A program made the translations under genes and the position numbers. From positions 62,001-114,816 of the forward strand of contig JALDZS010000068.1 in NCBI GenBank assembly GCA_022813965.1: a stretch of DNA of 52,816 nt, in the 5' to 3' direction. The DNA comes from Toensbergia leucococca. Its lineage: Eukaryota. This document shows, piece after piece, positions 25,635-35,791 of this stretch. Positions within the stretch are counted from its first letter, which is position 1, and each line of letters starts with the position of its first letter. Under the pieces are notes generated by a model, which was not told where the DNA came from, did no database searches, and worked only from the letters and a program-made list of their open reading frames with translations.

Positions 25635-26674
25635 GAGAAAAGTTGCACTACTAATAGAAGCTGGTCCTCGAGCAATTGAACAGGATGGCCTCACATATCA
25701 TGCTGCTAGTTCAACAAGCGTTTGGCCGTAGCTTCGAATAGCGAGCATGAAGGAGAACACGTAATAAAAGATATTTAGGCCAAGTAAGGAGGTTCAAATC
25801 AGCCCGCAAGCAAATTGGTGTGAATCGCTCTTCGTAGTACGAAGATAGTGGAATCTGTTTCGAAGGACGACCGGGCTTGTTAGGGGATTGAGGTCTACGG
25901 TGAGTATAATTCAAGATATCCATTGCAACGTTCTGCTAGTCGATACGTGATGAAGAACCAGAGAATTAGGGGCCCAGGCTGTATTTAGAGAGACCCTGTC
26001 TTGTCTAATGAAGAGGGCTCAGGGGAAGCCGAATCGAATGAGACTGGCTTAGAAGAGGGTGACCCGGAGGAGACACCGAATTTGTAGTCATAGCCTATAT
26101 ACATGAATCCGCAAGTAACATTTCTTAGTAGTGTTGGAAGGGTCATTGGGGGTGGGCTTCCCTGACCAAGGACCACTGATCATGAGCCCGAAAGCACACG
26201 GGCGAGCGACAACTAGTAGGGTTTGATTCCTTATAAGTAGCTCTATGGTTGGTGTAACTCCCCCGCATACTCAAATAGTGTGAAGAAATAACAAGACATT
26301 GCTAGATGAAGAACCAGAGAGGTTTCCGTGAGGATTGAGAAGGAACGACCGGGTCAGAAGAGTACGATCCAAGGATCACAATGAGTTTTCTCTTATTTGG
26401 GAGTGAATTTGGACTATTCGATTACATATTGGTCTTGTAGGAAATGCACCAGGAGGATGTAGAAGGGTAGATCTGGTGGATAGGTGATAGGTAAAACTTA
26501 CACTCGCACACCTAAATTTAGAGTGAAACATCAGCCGAAACATACCTAGAATAGAGTAGGTATTCTATGTAGATCAGGCACCCTCTGTGTACAGTGTACC
26601 TACGAGCACTTGTTAACAAATTTGAATCTTTTTCTCCATCACATATTCTCAATAATATCAAATAATCAACCAGT

Positions 26675-28112
26675 ATGAAAAAGTTCAACTTTGGCAAGCA
26701 GGGTGAAGGCGACGAAGATAAGAACCGCTTGGCACTCTTTGGGGGACGCTCCAAAAACAAAACCCCCGTTCCTTCAGCAAATCCGTACGCACAACCAATC
26801 GCCGCCGCCGATCCCTACACACAGGCAAGATTGGATGCTGGTGTTGCTCGAGGTGCTGGTGGGCAGAGTCCGTCAAATGCCGGCTACGGTGGCACCTCCT
26901 CTCGTTCCAAGGTCGGATATAGTGGTATAAATGGGAAAGGCTATAGTGATGAAAGCAGGTCCGGAAGTGTGGGCGGTGATACTTCCAAGCTTGGTGCTGG
27001 CGCCAGTGGTTATGGATCCGATAAGTATGGCGCCCAAAGCGGATACGGTGTTGACAGATACGGAGCTGGAGCGGGTACTTCGCAGCCTGACACAGGGGGT
27101 TCAAAATTCGGGCCCGGGGGTTATGGGGGTTTAGGGAGCGCCAGTAGCTACGACACAACCGCAACAGACGACACTCGAAACGCGTTATTCGGGGGAGCTC
27201 AGGAACGTGTCCAGCAGAGGTCACAACCGTCGGATGGACTTGGGCAACCCCCAGCATACGCTGCAGATTATGGGCAGCATGGTCGTTCGGGAGTTCCTGG
27301 TATTGAACAGAATCAAAGTTACGGTGCCTACGATGATCGGCAACTGACGGCGGAGGAAGAAGAAGACGAGGATGTAGAGGCAACAAAGCAGCAAATCCGC
27401 TTCATTAAGCAAGAGGATGTTTCCTCGACACGAAATGCCCTACGCATCGCCGCACAAGCCGAGGAGACGGGCCGGAATACGTTGGCTCGAATCGGAACTC
27501 AGGGAGAGTCGATACACAACACTGAGAAAAACCTCGATCTTACTGCAAATCACAATCGTGTTGCAGAGGAGAAAGCAAGGGAACTTAAAGCGCTTAACAA
27601 AAGCATGTTCGCCGTCCATGTGTCCAATCCTTTTACGGCCGCTCAGCGTCGTCAACAACGAGACGATGATGTTCTCGACAAACACCGCAATGAGAGAGAT
27701 CAGCGCGAAGCCACCCGTAAAGCGGGTTACGACACTGATCAGCGTCTCCAGAGAACCTTCAAGGATATTGAGCGTGGAAGCTCGGGCTATGGTAAACCCA
27801 AAGAGTCAAGCTTGGCTGAGCGGGCAAAGTACCAATTTGAGGCCGATGAAGAGGACGACGAAATGGAAAATGAGATTGACAGCAATCTAGATGCATTGAG
27901 TGGTGTGGCGGCCAGATTGAATGGCTTGGCGAGAGCAACAGGTAAGGAGGTTGACGAGCAAAACCGGCACTTGGAGAGGATAAATGATAAGGTAAGTTCT
28001 TCGATACGCTTCAGTGTGACTTATAAGAAACGGGGTTTGACAATTCACGCAGAGCACTAGTGTGGATGATCAGATTGCCATGAACAGGGCCAGGCTGGAT
28101 CGATTTCACTAG
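26675..28112 (+). CDS. SEC9: SNAP-25-family Qbc-SNARE Sec9, 2 exons
   Basis: Gly/Tyr-rich N-terminus, then two SNARE helices (KQEDVSSTRNALRIAAQAEETGRNTLARIGTQGE.. and EMENEIDSNLDAL..GKEVDEQNRHLERINDK). An intron from 27992 gives the C-terminus STSVDDQIAMNRARLDRFH*. Confidence 0.94.
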
Positions 28113-30540
28113 CGTAGTATGGTATACCCCGTCTTTGCCTTCGTCTGTGTCTTCATGTTGGCAATTACATTAGCGGAGTCATTTTTCCAGTGGCACTAGG
28201 TGGTATTTTGCTAGACAACATGTTTGGAGGGTCTTATTTCTACCCAGCGGAAGTAATAAGACGAGCTCTGTAGTCCAAGTATGGATCATACTTGCTACAG
28301 TTGTCTTGAATGCTTGAGTCCAACTCAAATATAGTCTCCTCGTGGTGACGAGTATCCTGCATATTTTTTTGTTCCTCAACATGCAATCGAGGAAGGACAA
28401 GGACATTGACGATTGAGACGTCTCAATCCCCCAAGTCATCCACCTCAAGATACGTCTCTCTTCACACATATTTGTTCTGTTCAGCATAGCCAGATATGAT
28501 TCTCTATGACCTTCCATACCATTGTGTTTCACGTTATACAAAAGTAACTAACGCCAAAACTTACAGGATGTTGGAATACCTTTCTCTCGTATGTGATACG
28601 CCACTATGGTGCTAGTCCATCTTAACGTCTCTTGTTTGTTGCACGTTTTTGACATTGCTCATCCTCCGTAATGTAATGGACACTGGAAACCATTACACCT
28701 TCACAGATTGATCATACCACTCTACCACCACAATTGTACTTTTTAAAGGACTCAACTTACATTTTTATGGCTCTGTCTACTTTCACATTCTTACAAGATA
28801 TCAGCCAGATGCGAAAAGAGAATCTATTAATCCCACTATCAATTTTCCACGTTAGCCCTTCATTGCGGTTAAATTATATCTACTCTAGGAGCAACCAGCT
28901 GCCAAGGTGAAAAGACTACGGGCCGTAGTGTATCCCATCGTATCCAAAGTTTCCTCACCAGGCTAAAATATTGAAAGGGAGAATAGATGGGGGGCCGTGA
29001 GTGAAATGTGAACAGCCGTATGCGTGGTTGTACTTATGGAGGTGAATACTTGAGGCCGCACCTAAAGGTATCTCCTCGATTGGAGTTTGGTTGAGCTATT
29101 TCAGTGTCGTTGGTGGTAGGTAGAATGTCATTCTGCGTCAACAACTGGGCCAACATAAACATGATTGAATCGGGTGCAACATCCGAGGCTTACCAACCTC
29201 ATTCGAGAACAATTCCATGTATGGAGACGGTCCGAAGTGGATGAACGAGATCAAAATATTTTGGTTGGAATATCAATAGTAGCAGGGCGCTTTCGATTAG
29301 TTGATAATCCTGGTTGTTCTCCAGCAGATGACGACATGTCAGATTGTCAGAGTGCCTTTGGTCGCATTCTGTAGCGCGCGGGGTGCTGGCGCGAATCCAT
29401 GTCTCAGTGCCTCGGTGCACCGTGACGTAGTTTGAAGGCATGCATTCCTTTCGAACGCCACCAGCGTCGTGCCCCTGGTGATGCAGCCTTGAAAGCGGGA
29501 GATAAGCATCGTCATCGGCCTGTCTGATTCGTCGGATCTACTTTGCGCGCATCCAAGAACGCCGTTGCCGCTATGGCTTCGGGCCGCACAGACAATCTTT
29601 CTCTGCCAATTTCATGATGAAAGAGAGGAATCCTGAAGGTGCGTGAGGCACCGGTATGCAGCCATATCAAGCAGCAGCATCCAGTCAAATGGATATGCAA
29701 GTCGCTCTTTGCAGTGGAGGCACAATCGGTTGTTTCTATCATCCTCATACCTCAATTGATGGTAAATCCATCCAAGTTGGCAAATGAAACGAGTGGGCGC
29801 AGATTTTCGGTGAGAGAAAGGATAAAGTCGGGGAAGATAGGTATGCCCTGTAATAACCTCATCAAGCTTTATGCTGCTGAGTATGAGGGCAGTCTGAATG
29901 GTGTCTTCAACACATTTCTTTCTAACTTTGTTGGGTTGGAAGTTGTTCTTGTTGCGAGTTTCAATTCAAACATATGAGAAAAGTAGATCTCCCATTTTCT
30001 CTCTCGCTCTCTCTGTTGGGTCTGTCATGTTGGGCGCAATAGCTACAGCAACGACAAGTAAGAGTGATTTCAGACAATTACCACTTCCCCACACGGCACA
30101 CCTTTCGCAGACAAAGGCCCACATCCTTGAAGGTATGGAGGGCGAATGAGAATATGCGCCAAGTCAGTCAATGGCGTTTCGTGGCTTGCAAGCATTTCTC
30201 GGTACGAGTCAAGCAGGCTTGATCTGACGTCGTTGCGTCTCACACCCCCCCCCCTGGCGAACCCTCATTTGTTCGGGCTGGCTACCAGTAGTCTGCGTAG
30301 TGTGCATGCACTGGGGCAAGCCATTGACACGGTCGTGACCCTGACTCTATCATTGCCGTTATCTAAACACATGTTCCCTCGTATTTTAGACACAGAGAAA
30401 GATCTTCAATATCTGTTTGTTAGAAAGTTGGATCGTCCTTCGAGTTGGAATACCTTCATCTGTTCTTTGTTCGACCAACACGACCAAGTATTCTTATATC
30501 TACCCTACACTTCGCAAGAGTCCCGTCAATTACCAACTGT

Positions 30541-30570
<30 letters not shown>
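30541..30570 (+). repeat. (ATC)10 microsatellite with a degenerate tail to ~30620
   Basis: Read directly from the sequence; lies upstream of the flbC ATG. Confidence 0.95.
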
Positions 30571-30571
<1 letters not shown>

Positions 30572-30812
30572 ATATCGTCAGCATCATCATCAGTACAATC
30601 ATCGCTATCATCGTCGTCGTAGCCGTTCATCCATATTGGGACGTTATCACGACCGCTTAACACCCTTGATTGTCATCTTCGGCCTGGATTCACTGATCTC
30701 AAAGACCGTGACACTCTTCTGCGCCACCTCGAGACGTCCGAGAAGCACATTACATCTTTTGGCGCGAGATTATCGAATACATAGGAACCTCTTCACCACT
30801 GTATTCGGCGCA

Positions 30813-31997
30813 ATGGCTATGGCAATCGATCAACAACAACGCCATCTTGGCTCGATGGCATTTGACCATATGTCTTATGCAACCTCACCCCAATTCACGA
30901 ATCCTTGGGCAGCTACTTCAAACGCCAATTCGCATTTTTTCCCGTCATCTTTATCATCAGCAAATACTAGCTATGACACCCTTTCAAAACAGCAACCAAC
31001 TAGATCAAGTACTGCATCGATGCCATATTCGTCAACACCCGCCACTGCCCCGTCAATTGGGGCAGTTACTAGCTATTCCAACACCCCTTACAGTCAATCC
31101 GATTTCCAAGGTTCAACACACGACCTCTTAACGACGCCACGGACTACTTATGATCAAGTTTACTCCACTGCGCCCTCATCATCAATCAATACTTACGCTC
31201 CTACATCTTCACCCTATCTTGGTATTTATCAGGGTCTTGCGCCGCAGCAAGACAACTCTCGGCGCCTATCCCAGTCGTTAGTGACCTCCGATACAACATT
31301 GCGATGAAGTTATAATATGCTAACTCAATTATAGAAGTACTTCCTCTGGTGCCGCATCTCAAGCTAGTTATGACGCGCTCGATGCTGGACGAGGCATGGT
31401 CGCCATGAGCCAAGATCTGACTACTCCAAGAAACATATATGGACCGAGAGGTGATAGAGGGAGATCTACTGATTCATATGGCTTCCCATCCACACACTCT
31501 TCGCATTCCTCCATATCTTCCGCCAGCACTTATCCATCGTACTACGCTGGCTCAGTCGATTCATCTGTGACTGATTACAGTTCCAACTCTGAAATGGAAC
31601 CCATCAATTCACGGACACTGCCAAGATTATCGGGACTTATGGGCACCAACTTACCCCCCGCCCCACAATCCATGATGGGTCAGTTCAACTCGAAAGTGTC
31701 ATCAAGTACACAAAAGAAACATAAGTGCAAAGTCTGTGAGAAACGATTCACACGACCCAGCTCTTTACAAACGCACATGTATAGTCACACTGGCGAAAAA
31801 CGTAAGTGTATAGAGCTTCTACGAGGCGCCAATATGAGCTTTTACTGACTGTCTCATTAGCTTATGCGTGCGAATACGATGGCTGTGGTCGGCATTTTTC
31901 TGTCGTCTCAAATCTTCGACGACATCGCAAGGTACACAAAGGGGAGCGATCATCAGACCGCGAATCACCCGAAGGCTCATGGAAATCGGAGACATGA
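30813..31997 (+). CDS. flbC: C2H2 developmental transcription factor FlbC/FLE1-type, 3 exons
   Basis: N-terminal SPQFTNPW; PPAPQSMMGQFNSKVSSSTQKKHKCKVCEKRFTRPSSLQTHMYSHTGEK|PYACEYDGCGRHFSVVSNLRRHRKVHK is the characteristic FlbC two-finger C-terminus. Introns ~31277-31333 and 31802-31860. Confidence 0.88.
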
Positions 31998-33377
31998 ATA
32001 CGTTTCTCGATGAAATTACGGCTCTCCCAATTTTTTTTCGATTCCCACCCGACTGGTATACCCTGGTTATGTATTGCAAACACAGCGCATTTGAATTGCC
32101 AAAATGGTTTATAAAGTACAATACCCCTATCGCATTGGCGTGCTATTTATAGCACAAATTGACGACGCCGCACCCTGTACAACAGCTATAGAAGTATGAG
32201 ATTCTTACCGGAGTCCGAAGCGGAAGCTTGAGGTTTGCTCAAAATCGTGAGGCAGAAGAAATAGAAGGTGTCGTCGAAGATCATGTACATGTATCTATAC
32301 TCACGTCGGCTTTGCAGAATTGTTTGTGTTTTCACAATGTGTCGCAGCTTAGGTTTTAACATATTATTGTTTCAGGTAGCGGATTGATATCAATGTACAT
32401 TTAAGTATTCTCAAGTTGTGGTATGTTGTACAATGATGCTGGTGTAAGATACTTATCAGTAATACCTTGTCTACGGCTCGCCGTACATTGAAAAAAGGGT
32501 TAAAAAGCTAATTTTCAAAGACATACATGAATGATGTGGACGTACCTGTAACGTTTCAGGGTTGCATTCTTTTCACTTCTTCATTTCTCGATTCTCAGAA
32601 TTTCAGCATCTGGCCACAATCGCAAGCCGTTAACCTGAATGCCGCATGGCGTCAGTGGCTTAAGCAACTGGCACACGCATGAATTAGCTGGATTAGTTGA
32701 ATTAGCGTGCTTTTACCCCATGGTCAAGAAAAGCTAGCCGCGCGAATTGGTGGAGGTGCCAACCAATGATGGACGTGGGGGTCGAGCGATTACCAAATGA
32801 GTGAAAGCCATGGGAGATCGGCTATCCGGCTGATGGGCCCGAGGTACTAGAGTCGTCTGGCTTATTATCTAAGCCAGATAATGGGACGTCAGTCAGTCGC
32901 CTCCCTCCCTCCTTTGCATGCTTGAAGAAAAAGCCTTTCCATCATCATTAATTCGATTGATAAGGAGAATTTCTCCTGACCATCTGAATGCGATGATTCA
33001 ACGCCCAAAAATTAAAAGCCTCTTACCTACTTGATAAGCACTGATTTGGTGCTAGAGGAGGATGTTTTGATACTGATCACGTCTCAATCCCTGAATGTTT
33101 CGCATGATACCTTTCTTGAGATTACGGGGCTCACACTCGACCCCGATCCCTCTGAAGCTTTTATTATCCACTTTAACAGTAGACTGTTCATCAACTGGCA
33201 GCATGCCTCTGTGTTGTAATTCTGTGCTCTTTCATGATTATCGTCTAATTAGCCTCGCCAAGCAGCAAGCCCTAATGATCTAATCTCCGTAATCTGCATG
33301 CTTCAATCTTCTCATGTCTCATATTGCTTCGTCTCTCTATCTTACAAAGAAAACCATCGAGAAACTCCTCTATTCGT

Positions 33378-33400
33378 GATGATGATGATGATGATGATGA
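33378..33400 (+). repeat. (GAT)7 microsatellite
   Basis: Read directly from the sequence; intergenic. Confidence 0.9.
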
Positions 33401-33560
33401 GTTCATTTACTGTCTATGCAGAATCATCCAGCCAACTAGTCACCCTATGCCTAATGAGGGAATTCTTATCACCTCACTGACATTTTACAATTACGATCCA
33501 GATCTCCTAGGTCTGAGGCCTAATAATCCGGGGTGTTTTCCTGTTCACCAATAACTTCTC

Positions 33561-33643
33561 TACTCGGACTTTCCAGATATGAGTTACCTCGCTTCGTAGC
33601 CTTCTCACCAAGCGAGGTAACTCATATCTGGAAAGTACGAGTA
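33561..33643. repeat. 83-bp inverted repeat/hairpin (34-bp arms, 1 mismatch, 15-nt spacer), TA-bounded; MITE-like
   Basis: Left arm TACTCGGACTTTCCAGATATGAGTTACCTCGCTT (33561-33594); right arm AAGCGAGGTAACTCATATCTGGAAAGTACGAGTA (33610-33643). Confidence 0.9.
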
Positions 33644-33873
33644 ACATACCGTACATAGAAGAGACCGAAATGTTCTTTGGTTGCCATGGCGGATATGACA
33701 GTGAATGACTTTGTTTACCAATCGCTAGCTTCGTTCAAAGCAGTCCTACCTAGTTTGCAACTTTCTCCTTTTCTTCTCCTTTTCTCTCCAGTGAGTCTCT
33801 CTCCTCTAAGCCCGCATCTCCACTCTCCACACACACATACACACTCTTCTCTGCACACGCACACTCCACCTCA

Positions 33874-34667
33874 ATGTCTCTCTCATTTCTCGTACAGTCT
33901 GCGGCGCGTGTGAAGTGGCCACTAGGTAAACAATCCCAACTCCAACCCCAACCCTCCACCCATCCACCCCGCCCACGCATCAACCATACTAACCTTCCTT
34001 CTCGTAGCTACGGAAGTGAGCCTCGCCGCCGCAGGCGTTGGTCTAGCTTTCTGGCTCCGGCCACAAGCGAAACCTAAGCCTGTGGTAAGTATCCTCAAAG
34101 TGAAGACACCGGCTACCCCGAGATCACATTGGTACTCTGCAGTCAGTAAGAAGGCCACCAAACAGTCTCACAAACTGCTTGGTCTCCTTCCGAAATCTGT
34201 AGCGTCCTGCGTGCCCTTCGCGGGTTTGCAGCTTCCTCCTTCTACCCCAGTGGTGGAGAAGAAGAAGTCGGTATGTTCACCTCCCACTTCTCCAATCCCG
34301 TTCCCGCCAAACTCCACTCGCCCTTTTTCAGCTGCATAACTAACCACATGCGTTCATCCAACAGGTGCGCTTTGCAGAGGAGAAGAACGAGGTCTTCCTA
34401 GTTGACAAATGGATCGACCGGGCCATCCATCAACATCCCAAGCGCCGAAAATCCGCGACCCTTGCAGGCACGGATCAGAAGCGCGTTGTGGAGCGACGGA
34501 TTGTGCCAGAGCGGAAGATTCAGTTGCCCCTTCCTCCCACCAAGCGGAGTCGCGACGTCGACCGCGCGGTTCGAGGACGGCTCTCTTCACAGGGTGGACT
34601 AGGACTCTTTCATGGAGTTGTTTTGGCCGCCTTGGTCGTTGCCGCCTGTGTGCGCTTGTTGGTGTGA
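33874..34667 (+). CDS. Uncharacterised 205-aa basic protein with N- and C-terminal hydrophobic segments and PP1-docking motifs, 3 exons
   Basis: Exons 33874-33925, 34008-34270 and 34365-34667 are joined by GTAAAC..ACTAAC..TAG and GTATGT..ACTAAC..CAG introns. The phases are consistent (618 nt total), and there is a CT/CA-rich leader upstream. Confidence 0.75.
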
Positions 34668-35791
34668 TCTGTTTTGTTTTCGCCTCGATTTTGTCGTACT
34701 GAGCCCTTTTTGCATCGCCTTTTTTTTACTATCTACCCTTTTTGCTTCCTGCTTTTCGCACTGCTTGCTTTTTCTCCCCTCCCCCACTTAAAAACCCCCA
34801 AAAACAATCTCAAAAAAACACAAAAAACCCCCTTTAATCCCATATTAAAAATTTCCCTCGAAAAGAGGATTTTCTGTTACACACACACCGCTTCTGCAGC
34901 ACCATCCCCCCCCCTTTGCTTTTTTGATTTATCTCGGCCGCTTCCTTCTGCTAAAACAAAGTGTAGACACACATCTTCGGATGAAATGAAAGCCATACAT
35001 AGGTGACCTACCTCATCAAAAGGTAATCAGATCCATTGAGTTCAAACACAAATACCAAATCCTTAACAGAAACCAGTGGTAAGCCTACCCTCAACCCCAT
35101 TCCTCCCACCACCCAGACTAACCAAAAGACATCCATCTCTCCCAATTACCACCACCAACAACGACAACAACATCAAAACAGTAAGACCCCTCCCCTTTCC
35201 CCAAAAGCTGACAACCGCACCAGGTCTCTTTGTCCGAATTGGAGAACATTGGGGAAACGATGTCACGCGAGGCATGCAAGAGGGGGGCATCTCCGCTCGC
35301 TGGCTCGGCTGGGGGGGAGGAGCCCTCATATATTTCTGGTCGGGTTTGCCGGATGGGACTGGGGGGAAGGGGGGAAGGTATTAGCCACGTGGCGCTTGGA
35401 TGGTTGTGTTGGTACTTGGAGGGGAGCGAATTGGTGGGGGAGGGGAGAGTTGGCTAGAAGGTGGCGATGCTCGGGAGGGTTTGGTTCGGAGTGGTGCTGG
35501 AGGCAGGGCAGATTGAACTCGTTGACAAAAAACCCATGGTTTGGGAAGACTGGGGTTTTACTCCAGGACTGGTGTTCAATCATGATATCTCGGCGTATCC
35601 GAGTATCATTCCACACTTCCTACGTACACCTGCTCAATCATCGGCTCAAGCGCTCCCAACAGCTAAACACCCGGAAAAATCAAAACAATAGAACTGATAA
35701 TTCAAAGCATGAATTCATCTAAGTTCTCTCCAGAAAACTTAACTTACAAAGCCTCCCTGCCGTTCCCCAACGCCTCTCCTCTCTCTACCTC

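Noticed and set aside
26685..27890. Long antisense and alternative-frame ORFs over SEC9 (233 aa, 157 aa)
   Set aside because: Shadows of a biased coding strand with no recognisable motifs. The same applies to similar ORFs over DIP2, SF3B1, RAX2 and the C2H2 genes.
30541..33400. Complementary (ATC)10 and (GAT)7 tracts flanking flbC as a long-range inverted repeat
   Set aside because: Common microsatellite class 2.8 kb apart with no flanking complementarity; likely coincidence.
35036..35722. 228-aa ORF and overlapping ORFs between the unrecognised gene and SF3B1
   Set aside because: Open in several frames on both strands because of C-run and G-run low complexity; no credible start or domain.
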